The notes beneath the pieces were generated by a model. The model worked only from the letters and a program-made list of their open reading frames with translations. It ran no database searches and was not told the origin of the DNA. Shown here one piece after another: positions 44,102 through 54,857 of a stretch of DNA of 64,000 nt (position 1 is the first letter of the stretch; each line of letters begins with the position of its first letter). Position numbers and translations under genes: made by a program. The stretch is from positions 2,080,001 to 2,144,000 of the forward strand of contig OZ244070.1 in assembly GCA_965215605.1 (NCBI GenBank). Reading direction: 5' to 3'. Origin of the DNA: an uncultured Candidatus Binatia bacterium (lineage in GTDB: Bacteria > Desulfobacterota > Binatia > UBA9968 > JAJDTQ01).

Positions 44102-45244
44102 ATGAAAGTCTACAACTTCGACCTTTTGGCCTATCCGGAGGTCCCCGAGGACGTCCCCGGGACCCCCGTGCCGAGCACCTATTTCGATCCGCCGGTGGGC
44201 TCGCGCAACTACCAGGAGCACCTGGAGGAGATGGCCTATTGCGAGGAGCTGGGGTTCGAGGGCGTAGTCTTCAACGAGCATCACTACAGCGCCTACGGCA
44301 CCATGCCGTCGCCCAACCTCATTGCCGCGGCCCTGAGCCAGAAAACCAAACGCATCAAGATCGGCGTCCTCGGCAACATCCTGCCGCTGCGGCAGCACCC
44401 CGTTCGGGTGGCCGAGGAATACGCCATGCTCGACTGCCTGTCCCAGGGGCGCCTGATCGCGGGATTCGTCCGGGGGATTCCCTCCGAGTACCTTTGGTAC
44501 AACGTCAAGCCCCAGGAGTCCCGGGGGCGGTTCGGGGAAGCCTTCGACGTCATCATGACCGCCTGGACCGAACCGGTCTGGAGCTACGAGGGCGAGTTCT
44601 TCCAGTTCGAGAACTGCGCCATCTGGCCGCGTCCGGTGCAGCAGCCGCACCCGCCCATCTGGGTAGCGGCCCGCAGCGCCGAGTCCATCGAATGGTGCGT
44701 CAAGCGCAAGATCCCCATCGCGCAGGTGTACCAGACCAACAACCAGATCGAGGACACTTTCAACTACTACCGCAAGGTGGCCAAGGAAGACGGCTGGGAG
44801 AGCGGCCCCGACAAGTTCGTCCTCTGCCGTCACATCTTCGTGGGCGAGACCGACGCGCAGGCCCAGGCCATTGCGGAGCCGCCGTTGCGGTATTTCTTCA
44901 CGTTGTGGAATCGCGGCTTCAACGAAGCCAAGACGGACGTCGCCATCGATCAGCGCAAGGTCAAGGAAGCCATGGTCAGCGACAGGTCTTCCAGCTACTT
45001 CCGCCCGGGCAACGATGAGCGGGTGAACTTCCATCCCATGAGCTGGGAGCAGCTCATCGACACCGGGTTCGTCATCGCCGGCAGCCCGGATACCGTGGCG
45101 CGGCAGGTCAACCAGCAGATGAGCCAGATCGGCGCCGACCATTTCATGGGCATGTTCCACATTGGCAACCTGGCTCACGACAAGGTCATCGACTCCCTGA
45201 ACCTCTTCCACAAGGAGGTCATGCCGCGGCTGAACGGCGCCTGA
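44102..45244 (+). CDS. LLM class flavin-dependent oxidoreductase
   Basis: NEHH, PVRVAEEYAMLD, PRPVQQPHPPIW. Confidence 0.93.
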   Translation: MKVYNFDLLAYPEVPEDVPGTPVPSTYFDPPVGSRNYQEHLEEMAYCEELGFEGVVFNEHHYSAYGTMPSPNLIAAALSQKTKRIKIGVLGNILPLRQHPVRVAEEYAMLDCLSQGRLIAGFVRGIPSEYLWYNVKPQESRGRFGEAFDVIMTAWTEPVWSYEGEFFQFENCAIWPRPVQQPHPPIWVAARSAESIEWCVKRKIPIAQVYQTNNQIEDTFNYYRKVAKEDGWESGPDKFVLCRHIFVGETDAQAQAIAEPPLRYFFTLWNRGFNEAKTDVAIDQRKVKEAMVSDRSSSYFRPGNDERVNFHPMSWEQLIDTGFVIAGSPDTVARQVNQQMSQIGADHFMGMFHIGNLAHDKVIDSLNLFHKEVMPRLNGA

Positions 45245-45313
45245 GCCACGGCAGCCCCGCGCATCCCTGAACGCTTGCCGTCGGGGCAGCGCGCCGGACG
45301 GATCATCCTGCCG

Positions 45314-46360
45314 ATGCTTTTCACCCGTATCGTCGCGACAGTCCTGTTGCTGGCCTTGGCGGTCGTCGCCGGCGGCGAGGCGTCCGCGCAGCAGGGCACC
45401 CTGACCTTTGTGGTCGGCGCCGGAGCCGGAAGCGTCTTCGACCGCACCACCCGTACCTTTGCCAAACACATCGTCCGCCATCTTCCGGACCGTCCGAAGG
45501 CCACGGTCAGGAACATGGTGGGAAGCGGCGGCAGCGTGGCGGCGGAGTACCTCTACCGCGAAGCCAAGCCCGACGGACGGACGGTGGGCAACTGGGCGGG
45601 CGACCTCATCTACAACCAGTTATTCGGCGGCAAGGGCGTGCAGCTCGACACGCGGCGGTTCGCTTGGGTGGGCGCGGTTTCGACCCTGCATCCGGTGTGC
45701 ATCCTGACCAAGACGAGCGGAATCGGCGATCTGGCAGCGTGGAGCGGCGCCAAGAGGTCCGTCAAGCTGGGAGGCATCGGCGGCAACGAGGCCGCCACCA
45801 ACATGTCACGGGTGCTGGGCGCCACCCTGGGCCTGCCCGTCAAGCTCATCAACGGCTACAAAGGCCCGGTCAACGTGCGTCTGGCTGCCGGCAACCAGGA
45901 AGTGGAAGGTGGTTGCTGGTACTGGCAGGCGGTCAAGCAGGCGTGGCGGAAGCAACTCGCGGCCAGAGAAGCGCAGGTCGTGCTGCAGGCCATGACCAAG
46001 CCGCATCCGGAGTTGCCGTCGGTACCCAACGCCCTGGATCTGGTCAAGTCCGAGGACGCGCGCCTGCTTCTCATGTACGGGGTCCACGACCCGGCGAAGC
46101 TGGCGCGCGCCTATTCCCTTCCGCCCGGGACGCCCGAGGCGAGGGTGACGGCGCTCCGCAAGGCGTTTGCCGACGCCGTGGCAGACCCGGCTTTCGTGGC
46201 CGAGGCCGACAGCCAGGGGCTGGAAGTCCGCCCCCTGGGCGGCGCGGAAATCGAAAAGACCGTGAAGGGCCTGTTCGCGCTGGATCCGAAGTTCATCGTG
46301 CAGCTCCGCAATCTGCTCTTCCCCGAAAAGCCCGCCGCCGACACGCGCGCCGCGAAGTAG
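45314..46360 (+). CDS. TctC/Bug substrate-binding protein (divergent)
   Basis: Signal peptide, NMVGSGG, PDGRT, GYKG, PPGTP; the usual PGG..D motif reads AGSVFD. Confidence 0.87.
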   Translation: MLFTRIVATVLLLALAVVAGGEASAQQGTLTFVVGAGAGSVFDRTTRTFAKHIVRHLPDRPKATVRNMVGSGGSVAAEYLYREAKPDGRTVGNWAGDLIYNQLFGGKGVQLDTRRFAWVGAVSTLHPVCILTKTSGIGDLAAWSGAKRSVKLGGIGGNEAATNMSRVLGATLGLPVKLINGYKGPVNVRLAAGNQEVEGGCWYWQAVKQAWRKQLAAREAQVVLQAMTKPHPELPSVPNALDLVKSEDARLLLMYGVHDPAKLARAYSLPPGTPEARVTALRKAFADAVADPAFVAEADSQGLEVRPLGGAEIEKTVKGLFALDPKFIVQLRNLLFPEKPAADTRAAK

Positions 46361-46369
46361 GGACGGGTT

Positions 46370-46837
46370 TCAAGCCTGCGCCTGCCCGTCCTTGCCGCGG
46401 ATCAAGCGTTTCACCGTGTATTCCATGACCGTCTCGCCGCGCTGGTTCTTCACCAGGTGCCGGCAGCGGACGATGCCCGCGTTGCGGGACTTGGTCCGGC
46501 GGCTTTCCAGCACCTCGATCTCGACGCCGATGGTGTCGCCGACCTTGACCGGCCGGAACAGCCGCATCTCCTCCAGGCCCACGAACGCCAGGCCCGTGCC
46601 GTGGATCATGCCGGTCTGAGTGGTCAGCCCCTCGGCCAGCGCGAAGGTCAGGCTTCCGGGCGCGATGCGCCCGCCGTACTCGGTTTGGTCCCGCATGTAC
46701 TCGGCATCGTTGAACAGGGGCTCGATGAGACCGGACAGATTGACGAACTGGACCACGTCGGTCTCCGTCACGGTGCGGCGGGCGGTCCGGTGGACGTCGC
46801 CCGGTCGAAACTCCTCGAAGGTCATCCCTTGTTGCAT
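46370..46837 (-). CDS. MaoC family dehydratase
   Basis: RTVTETDV, GGRIAPG, PVKVGDTI. Confidence 0.9.
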   Translation of the reverse strand: MQQGMTFEEFRPGDVHRTARRTVTETDVVQFVNLSGLIEPLFNDAEYMRDQTEYGGRIAPGSLTFALAEGLTTQTGMIHGTGLAFVGLEEMRLFRPVKVGDTIGVEIEVLESRRTKSRNAGIVRCRHLVKNQRGETVMEYTVKRLIRGKDGQAQA

Positions 46838-46870
46838 CGCTGATTTTCCTCGCCGCGGCGAAACGCCCGG

Positions 46871-48085
46871 TCACCCCGGGCGCCGACCGAGGGTTCCCCG
46901 GCTCCGAAGCGCGACGATGGCCTCGTCGTCCAGCTCCAGCCATTCCTTCAGCACCTGCTCGTTGTGCTCCCCCAGGAGCGGCGGCGGGAGCCGGACGGAG
47001 GCCGGGGTTCCGGAGAATTTCACCGGCAACCCCGCCATGCGCACCTTCCCGGCCGTCGGGTGATCGATTTCCCGCAGCATTCCCGTTGCCAGCACCTGGG
47101 GGGACTCGAACACCTCCCGGATGTTCTGGACCGGGGAGCACGGGACGCCCGTGCGGTTCAGGATCTCGATCCATTCGTGGCGCGGGCGCGCGCCGAACAT
47201 CTCGCCCAGGATTGCAAGGAGCTCGTCACGGTTCTCCACCCGGTGGGCATTGGTGTCGAACCGGGGGTCCGCCGCCAACTCCGTCTTGCCGACACCGTCG
47301 CAGAACCGCGCCCAGATCGCCTCATTGGCGACGGCGACGACGAGATGGCCGTCCGCCGTTGCGAAGCTTTGGTAGGGCACGATGTTGGGATGGGCGTTGC
47401 CCCAGCGTCCGGGCACCTCGCCGGTTACCAGGTAGTTGCTCCCGGCATTGATCAGGCTGGCTACCTCCGCCTCCATGAGCGAAGTCTCGATCCGTTGCCC
47501 CTCGCCCGTATTCTCCCGCGCATAGAGGGCCGCGGCGATGGATTGGCCCAGCATGAGGCCGGCGACGATGTCGACGATGGCGACGCCCACCTTCGTCGGC
47601 TCGCCGTCCGCCGGACCGGTGATGCTCATCAGGCCGCCCCAGGCCTGGATGGCCACATCGTATCCCGGCCGTTCCTTCAGCGGTCCGCTGGAGCCGAAGG
47701 CCGAGAGCGACGCGTAGATGAGCCCGGGGTTCCGGCGCCGGATCTCCGCCTCGGACAGGCCCCAGCCCGCCAGCGTGCCGGGCCGGAAGTTCTCCATCAA
47801 CACGTCCGCCTCCAGGGCCAGCCGGCCCAGCATCTCGATGCCGTCCGGAGTCCTGAGATCCAGGGTGACGCTCCGCTTGTTGCGGTTGACGCAAAGGAAG
47901 TACGCGCTCTCGCCGCCCTGGAACGGCGGTCCCCAGCTTCGCGTGTCGTCGCCCCTGCCGGGCTCCTCGATCTTGACGACCTCCGCGCCCAGGTCGCCCA
48001 GAAACATGGTGCAGTAGGGGCCCGCCAGCACCCGCGACAGGTCCAGCACCCGGACCCCGTGCAGCGGGCCGTTGGCCGCGCTCAT
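46871..48085 (-). CDS. CoA transferase family III (CaiB/BaiF)
   Basis: VLDLSRVLAGPYC, NRNKRS, ENFRPG, PGYD. Confidence 0.95.
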   Translation of the reverse strand: MSAANGPLHGVRVLDLSRVLAGPYCTMFLGDLGAEVVKIEEPGRGDDTRSWGPPFQGGESAYFLCVNRNKRSVTLDLRTPDGIEMLGRLALEADVLMENFRPGTLAGWGLSEAEIRRRNPGLIYASLSAFGSSGPLKERPGYDVAIQAWGGLMSITGPADGEPTKVGVAIVDIVAGLMLGQSIAAALYARENTGEGQRIETSLMEAEVASLINAGSNYLVTGEVPGRWGNAHPNIVPYQSFATADGHLVVAVANEAIWARFCDGVGKTELAADPRFDTNAHRVENRDELLAILGEMFGARPRHEWIEILNRTGVPCSPVQNIREVFESPQVLATGMLREIDHPTAGKVRMAGLPVKFSGTPASVRLPPPLLGEHNEQVLKEWLELDDEAIVALRSRGTLGRRPG

Positions 48086-48456
48086 TTGAACTCGATGCCC
48101 TGCTCGCGCAGGATCTCGTCCAGCGTCTCCGCCCCGAGCCAGAGCCCGGGCATGCCCCCGGGTATCGCCGACACCTCCACCGCCTCCAGCACCTGCCGGG
48201 GCGTGGCGCCGAGCTTGAGCGCCCGCTCGCTGTGAAGCCGCACCCCCCGGGGGCGGTTCAGGGCGCAGGTGATGCCCACCATGATCAGCTCCTTGGTCTT
48301 CCGATCGAGAGCCCCCTCCCGTCCGAAGGTTCCGTCGACGAAGAGCCCCGTAAGGTGCCGCGAATATTCCGGGTCCAGCTCGGCGATGATGTCATAGGCC
48401 CTGTTGGTGGCCCCGAGCGATACGTCCTCGAAGGCCTTGCGCGCGTCGTCCGCCAT
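48082..48456 (-). CDS. Carboxymuconolactone decarboxylase family protein
   Basis: LDRKTKELI, H..RAL..GAT; coupled to the CoA transferase. Confidence 0.85.
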   Translation of the reverse strand: MADDARKAFEDVSLGATNRAYDIIAELDPEYSRHLTGLFVDGTFGREGALDRKTKELIMVGITCALNRPRGVRLHSERALKLGATPRQVLEAVEVSAIPGGMPGLWLGAETLDEILREQGIEFK

Positions 48457-48596
48457 GTCCAGTCTCCTTTCGGAATCGAGCCGGTGCGTGTCCGTGAGGC
48501 GAAGTGTTTGTTGCGTGTTTCCTTGTAACAGTACGTGCACCCGCGGCAAAGAGTCGCCCGTGGATCAAAGCCTTGGGCAATCAGGAAAGCACTCAA

Positions 48597-48625
48597 TTGA
48601 CACCGTCTGGACCGCCCGTTAGTGT
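48597..48625 (+). promoter_or_regulatory. Sigma70 promoter
   Basis: TTGACA-17 nt-TAGTGT upstream of the ferritin-like gene. Confidence 0.6.
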
Positions 48626-48656
48626 GAGGCAGCCTGAGCGCGGAGGAATCATCGCC

Positions 48657-49325
48657 ATGACCGGAAGGGAATTCGTCGAATCGCTGTGGAGCCGATACCA
48701 CGATGAGTTGGAGGGGCCGGTCATCGCCATCCGCAAGGCGCTGGCGGAGCTGGACCCGCGGACCGCTGAGTTCGTCGGCCTGATGCAGCGGCAGGCCAAG
48801 AAGGAGCTGGCGCACGGGGTGGCGTTCACCAAGGCGCTGCTGCAATACGGCGAGTTGGAGCCCCACGAGCGCGCCCACGTGGCGGAGCAGGCGGCCGACG
48901 AGTACAGGCACTATGCCTTGATCAAGGACTACCTCGACAGCCGCGGCGCCGCCGACGATATCCCCGCCGAGGCCTACGACGGCTACTTCGGGCAGTTCCT
49001 GACCGGCGACGTGCGGGCGTTCCGGCTATGCAACATCGCCGAGAAGTCCGCGGTGGTGTTCATGCAGCACCTGCGGGACGCCACTCCCGATCCGGTGGTG
49101 CGGCAACTCGCCAAGGACATCGTGGACGACGAGGAAGGCCACGAGGACATGGTCATGGAAAAGCTCGCCCGCTTTGCCGAGGACGATGGCAACCGCGAGT
49201 TCCTCGAGAACATGTTCGTCCAGAGCTGGGCCAGCCAGAAGGAAGGCGTGATCCGCGAAGGCCGGGAGCTGGGCGTCGACGTCGACGGCATCCTCCGCCG
49301 GTTCGAAGCTCCGGCCGGGGGCTAG
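48657..49325 (+). CDS. Ferritin-like diiron-carboxylate protein
   Basis: E...DEYRH...E...DEEGH; GGAGG RBS. Confidence 0.82.
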   Translation: MTGREFVESLWSRYHDELEGPVIAIRKALAELDPRTAEFVGLMQRQAKKELAHGVAFTKALLQYGELEPHERAHVAEQAADEYRHYALIKDYLDSRGAADDIPAEAYDGYFGQFLTGDVRAFRLCNIAEKSAVVFMQHLRDATPDPVVRQLAKDIVDDEEGHEDMVMEKLARFAEDDGNREFLENMFVQSWASQKEGVIREGRELGVDVDGILRRFEAPAGG

Positions 49326-49337
49326 TGTCCTGCCGGG

Positions 49338-49365
49338 GCAGGGGCGACCGGCCGGTCGCCCCTGC
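49338..49365. repeat. REP-like perfect 28-bp palindrome between convergent genes
   Basis: GCAGGGGCGACCGGCCGGTCGCCCCTGC. Confidence 0.8.
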
Positions 49366-49388
49366 GGGTTCTCATTACGGCCGCGGCT

Positions 49389-50336
49389 TCAATGCCAGAA
49401 GCCGTGACGCCGCACCACCTCCATGTAGTCCGCGATCCCTTCTTCCAGGGAATACTGGGGCTTGTAGCCGAGGATCCGTTCCGACGCGGACAGGTCCACT
49501 CGGGGGCGCGCCTTCTTCTTGCCGGCCCCCGGGGCCAGCTTGACGTCCCGGCCCGGCAGCAGCCGGTCCAGCGCCCGGAGGAAGTCCGCGGGGCCGTAGT
49601 TCTTGCCGGCGCCCAGGTGGAAGGCTTTGCCGGGCGCGTCCTTGGCGGTGCAGGCCAGGGCGATGCCGCGGCCGACGTCCGCGGCGTAGACGAAATCGTT
49701 GGGTCCCACGTGCCGGTCCTCGAGTTCGATGGGGCCGTCGCCCGTGCACGCGCGCACCAGGTCGTTCATGGCGATGCCGCCGCCGGAGCCGCCGCGATAG
49801 TGACCCGGGCCGTAGACGCCGGTGGGCCGCATGCGGACGCACTCCATGCCGTAGTAGTTCTCGTACGCGTCCAGCAGCACTTCGTTGGCCACCTTGGTGG
49901 CGGGGTAGAACCGGTTGCCCCAGCGCGGGGCGTCCTCCCTGACCGGCCCCTTGCGGATCTGGTTCCAGTCGTAGACGCCGAACGTGCTGAGGTGCACCAG
50001 CCGCTTGATCCGGGAGATCTGGCAGGCCTCGAAGACGTTCACGGACCCCACGGTGTTGGTCTGGAAGCCGCGATAGGGCGGGCTTTCCACCTGGCCGCCG
50101 ATGAAACCGGCGGTGTGCACCAACACGTCGGGCTTGGCCTGGGCCAAGGCGCGAAGCAGATTGGGCAAATCCAGCAGATCGCCGCGCGACGTCGTCAGAC
50201 GCTTCTTCCCGGCGATGGCCGCGACGTAGTCCGGGTCGGGACTGAGGTCGTAGAGGTGAACGCTGTGTCCTTTCCGCGTGAGCTCCCTGGCCGTGTGGCA
50301 TCCGAGCATTCCGGCTCCGGTGATGAAAATCCGCAT
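49389..50336 (-). CDS. NAD-dependent epimerase/dehydratase family protein
   Basis: ITGAGMLG, YPATK, VYGPG; AGGAGG RBS. Confidence 0.9.
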   Translation of the reverse strand: MRIFITGAGMLGCHTARELTRKGHSVHLYDLSPDPDYVAAIAGKKRLTTSRGDLLDLPNLLRALAQAKPDVLVHTAGFIGGQVESPPYRGFQTNTVGSVNVFEACQISRIKRLVHLSTFGVYDWNQIRKGPVREDAPRWGNRFYPATKVANEVLLDAYENYYGMECVRMRPTGVYGPGHYRGGSGGGIAMNDLVRACTGDGPIELEDRHVGPNDFVYAADVGRGIALACTAKDAPGKAFHLGAGKNYGPADFLRALDRLLPGRDVKLAPGAGKKKARPRVDLSASERILGYKPQYSLEEGIADYMEVVRRHGFWH

Positions 50337-50567
50337 GAAGTCCTCCTGTTGGTTGTTGGATCGGCTGTGACAGGCCCGGTTTGATGCCCGCGGGCGCTCC
50401 GAGGTACCCGGCCGCGAAACCGTGAAATCTGTCACAGCCGGCGTTAAACCGTCAAGCACGCTCCAGGCGCGGACTTGCGTTCGCACCCGGGTCGAGGCCC
50501 GTGCAAACCTGCCCGAGGGTTGCCGGAAACCGTGCGTGGCAGGCCCTCCGCGGGCACGAAGTTATTG

Positions 50568-50596
50568 TTGACCTGCCCTGGGGCGCGGTATATTCT
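50568..50596 (+). promoter_or_regulatory. Sigma70 promoter for coxSLM
   Basis: TTGACC-17 nt-TATTCT. Confidence 0.55.
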
Positions 50597-50620
50597 TGCT
50601 GCCAGCGAGGAAGAGGGACG

Positions 50621-51103
50621 ATGAGCAAAAAAACCACGATCGAACTTCGAGTCAACGGTGTCAACCGGACCGCCGAGGTGCAGCCACGCCTGCTGCTGGT
50701 GCACTACCTCCGTGACGTTCTCGGCCTGACCGGGACACACATCGGCTGCGAGACGAGCCTGTGCGGCGCCTGCACGGTCATGGTGGACGGCGCGGCGGCG
50801 AAGTCCTGCACCCTGCTGGCGGTACAGGCCGACGGGTGCGAGGTCCAGACCATCGAGTCGCTCGCCACCGACGACGGGCTCCATCCGATACAGCAGGCCT
50901 TCTGGGACTGCCACGGCCTCCAGTGCGGCTTCTGCACACCCGGCATGATCATGGCTACGCGGCAGCTCCTCCAGGAGAAGCCGAGTCCCTCGGAGGAGGA
51001 GATCCGCCACGGCCTCGAAGGCAACATCTGCCGCTGCACCGGGTACAAGCATATCGTCGACGCGGTGCAGCAGGCGGCGGAACAAATGAAAGCTGGGACG
51101 TAG
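50621..51103 (+). CDS. coxS: CoxS-like 2x[2Fe-2S] subunit
   Basis: GCETSLCGACTV, QCGFCTPG, CRCTGY. Confidence 0.93.
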   Translation: MSKKTTIELRVNGVNRTAEVQPRLLLVHYLRDVLGLTGTHIGCETSLCGACTVMVDGAAAKSCTLLAVQADGCEVQTIESLATDDGLHPIQQAFWDCHGLQCGFCTPGMIMATRQLLQEKPSPSEEEIRHGLEGNICRCTGYKHIVDAVQQAAEQMKAGT

Positions 51104-51105
51104 CC

Positions 51106-53433
51106 ATGCCCGTAAGCAAGCTCGTTGGAACCAAGGTGAAGCGGCGGGAAGACCCGCGTCTGGTGCAGGGCCTCTCGCACTACGTGGACGATCTCCGGAT
51201 GGCGGACGTGCTGCAGGTGGCCATCCTGCGGAGCCCCCACGCCCACGCCCGCATCAACGGCATCGACAAGGACGCTGCCCAGGCGCTGCCCGGCGTCGTC
51301 AGCGTCGTGACCGGCGCAGACATCGGCGACAGCGTGGGCTCGGTGCCCTGCGCGGCCGCCAACCCGACGCTGCGCACGCCGCCGCACCCGGTGCTGGCCC
51401 AAGGCGAGGTGCGCTACGTGGGAGAGCCGGTGGCCGCGGTGGTGGCCGAGGACTCCTACACGGCGCGGGACGCCCTCGATCTCATCGAGGTGGACTACGA
51501 GCCGCTGCCGGCGGTGTCGGACCTGGAGAAGGCGCTCCAGCCGGGCTCGCCGCTCGTCCATTCCCAGTGGGACAGCAACCAGGCCTTCACCTTCGAGTGC
51601 GGCACCGGGGACATGGACAAGGCCCGCGCCGAGGCGGACGTCATCGTCAAGCAGAAGTTCATCCACCAGCGGCTCGCGCCGATTCCGGTAGAGACCCGCG
51701 GCGTGGTGGCGCGCTATTTTCCGGGCGAGGGCGAGTTGACCGTGTGGAGCTCGACCCAGATCCCGCATCTGCTCCGGGCCATGCTGGCGCTGGTGCTCGG
51801 GTTCCCGGAACACCGCCTCCGGGTCATCGCCCCGGAGGTGGGCGGCGGCTTCGGATGCAAGCTGAACGTCTACCGCGAGGAGGCTCTGCTGGCCCACCTT
51901 GCGATGAAGCTCAAGGCCACGGTGAAGTGGATCGAAGGGCGGCGCGAGAACATGCAGGCGACCATCCACGGACGCGGACAGGTGGGCACCGTGGAGGCGG
52001 CGGTGAAGAAGGACGGCACCATCCTGGGCGTCACCTACGACAGCCTGCTGGATACCGGCGCCTATCACCAGCTCCTGACGCCGGGAATGCCGCCGCTCAC
52101 CGGTTTGATGATCAGCGGTTCCTACAAGATACCGACCCTGAAGTTCACCTCCACCGGCGGCTTCACCAACAAGGTGGCCACCGACGCCTACCGCGGCGCC
52201 GGCAGGCCGGAAGCCACCCTGGTCATCGAGCGTACCATGGACCTGATCGCGCGGGAGCTGGACATGGACCCGGTGGAGTTGCGCCGCAAGAACTTCGCGC
52301 AGCCGGCCGACTTCCCGCTCTCGGTGGCCACCGGGCTCGCCTATGACAGCGGCAACTACCAGGCGGCGCTGGACAAGGCGCTGGAAATGGCGGGCTACCA
52401 AGACCTTCGCGCCCAACAGAAGCGGCTCAGGGAGGAAGGCCGCTACATGGGCATCGGCTTTTCCACCTACGTCGAGATCTGCGCCATGGGTCCTTCCGCG
52501 GCGCTGCCGGCGGGCGGTTGGGAAAGCGGCACCGTGCGCATGGACTTCACCGGCAAGGCCACCGTGCTGACCGGCGTTTCACCCCACGGCCAGGGCGAGG
52601 AGACCACCTTCGCCCAGATCGTTTCCGACGATCTCGGCGTTCCCATCGAGGACGTTGCGGTGCTGCACGGCGACACGGCCGTGGTGCCCAACGGCATCGG
52701 CACCTTCGGGAGCCGCGGCATCTCCGTGGGCGGCACCGCGGTGTACATGGCGACCCAGCAGGTCCGGGAGAAGGCCGAGGCCATCGCCGCCAACGTGCTG
52801 GAGTGCAGCGCCGATGACCTGGAGTTCGAGGACGGCAAGTTCTCGGTCAAGGGCGTGCCGGACAAGGGCATCACCATCCAGGAGGTCGCGTTGCAGGCCC
52901 ATGTGGCCACCAAGCTGCCCGCGGGCATGGAGCCGGGACTCCAGGCCACGTCGGTGTTCGAGCCGTCGAACTTCACGTTCCCCTTCGGCACGCACATCTG
53001 CGTGGTGGAAGTGGACACCCACAGCGGCGAGATCGAGATCAAGAAGTACGTGGCCGTGGACGACTGCGGCAAGGTCATCAACCCGATGATCGTGGACGGC
53101 CAGGTGCAGGGCGGCATCGCCCAGGGCCTGGGGCAGGCGCTCCTGGAAGAGGTGGTCTACGACGAAGACGGCCAGCTCGTCACCGGCAGCCTCATGGACT
53201 ACGCCGTCGCCCGGGCCGAAGACCTGCCGCCCCTGGAGTTCGCCCGCACGGAGACCCCGTCGCCGGTGAACCCGATGGGTGTCAAGGGAGTGGGCGAGGC
53301 CGGCACCATCGGCTCCACGCCCTCCATCGTCAACGCGGTGGTGGATGCGCTGGCCCCGTTCGGCGTCAAGCATATCGACATGCCGCTCAAGCCCGAGAAG
53401 ATCTGGCGCCTGTGCCAGGGCGGCACGAAGTAA
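51106..53433 (+). CDS. coxL: Xanthine dehydrogenase family Mo subunit (form II CoxL-like)
   Basis: VGGGFG, AYRGAGR, HGQG, GVKGVGE. Confidence 0.92.
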   Translation: MPVSKLVGTKVKRREDPRLVQGLSHYVDDLRMADVLQVAILRSPHAHARINGIDKDAAQALPGVVSVVTGADIGDSVGSVPCAAANPTLRTPPHPVLAQGEVRYVGEPVAAVVAEDSYTARDALDLIEVDYEPLPAVSDLEKALQPGSPLVHSQWDSNQAFTFECGTGDMDKARAEADVIVKQKFIHQRLAPIPVETRGVVARYFPGEGELTVWSSTQIPHLLRAMLALVLGFPEHRLRVIAPEVGGGFGCKLNVYREEALLAHLAMKLKATVKWIEGRRENMQATIHGRGQVGTVEAAVKKDGTILGVTYDSLLDTGAYHQLLTPGMPPLTGLMISGSYKIPTLKFTSTGGFTNKVATDAYRGAGRPEATLVIERTMDLIARELDMDPVELRRKNFAQPADFPLSVATGLAYDSGNYQAALDKALEMAGYQDLRAQQKRLREEGRYMGIGFSTYVEICAMGPSAALPAGGWESGTVRMDFTGKATVLTGVSPHGQGEETTFAQIVSDDLGVPIEDVAVLHGDTAVVPNGIGTFGSRGISVGGTAVYMATQQVREKAEAIAANVLECSADDLEFEDGKFSVKGVPDKGITIQEVALQAHVATKLPAGMEPGLQATSVFEPSNFTFPFGTHICVVEVDTHSGEIEIKKYVAVDDCGKVINPMIVDGQVQGGIAQGLGQALLEEVVYDEDGQLVTGSLMDYAVARAEDLPPLEFARTETPSPVNPMGVKGVGEAGTIGSTPSIVNAVVDALAPFGVKHIDMPLKPEKIWRLCQGGTK

Positions 53434-53471
53434 ACGGATAGCGACAGCCAGACAGATAGCGAGAGCCGATC

Positions 53472-54329
<858 letters not shown>

Positions 54330-54389
54330 TATCCGCAAGCGAGGCCGGCCGCCGGCCGGCCTCGTATCGACTCCAGCAAGGACGAAACC

Positions 54390-54806
54390 ATGCCCAAGGC
54401 GCTCAGCGGCCTGATGGGAATGCGCCACATCGCCCTCAACGTCAAGGACGTCGAGCGCTCCAAAGCCTTCTACCAGGACATCCTGGGCATGGAGGTCGTG
54501 TGGCAGCCCGACCCCCGGAACGCCTACCTCAGCTCCGGGACGGACAATCTCGCCCTCCACGAGACCCCCGGCCACCGGGCGCCCGCCGCCACCTCGTCCC
54601 TCGACCACCTGGGCTTCATCGTCGCCGACATCGACCGCGTCCAGGAACTGGAAGCCGAATTCCGCGCCCGACAGGTCACTATCATCAAACCCTTCAAGCG
54701 CCACCGCGACGGCAGCGCCTCCTTCTACTGCGCGGATCCCGACGGGGTGGTCATCCAAATGCTGTATGAGCCGACGTTGAGCCGGCAGAAGACCGGCGAC
54801 GGGTGA
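54390..54806 (+). CDS. VOC/glyoxalase family protein
   Basis: MRHIALNV, LDHLGF, HRDG..SFYCADPDG. Confidence 0.9.
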   Translation: MPKALSGLMGMRHIALNVKDVERSKAFYQDILGMEVVWQPDPRNAYLSSGTDNLALHETPGHRAPAATSSLDHLGFIVADIDRVQELEAEFRARQVTIIKPFKRHRDGSASFYCADPDGVVIQMLYEPTLSRQKTGDG

Positions 54807-54857
54807 CTGAACGGGAGGACAGTATCCGGTATCAGCAAATCCCGTCGTTTTGGACGA

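Noticed and set aside
51106-53433. Bona fide aerobic CO dehydrogenase
   Set aside because: The active-site motif is AYRGAGR and the order is S-L-M (form II), not the AYxCSFR of form I, so CO oxidation cannot be claimed
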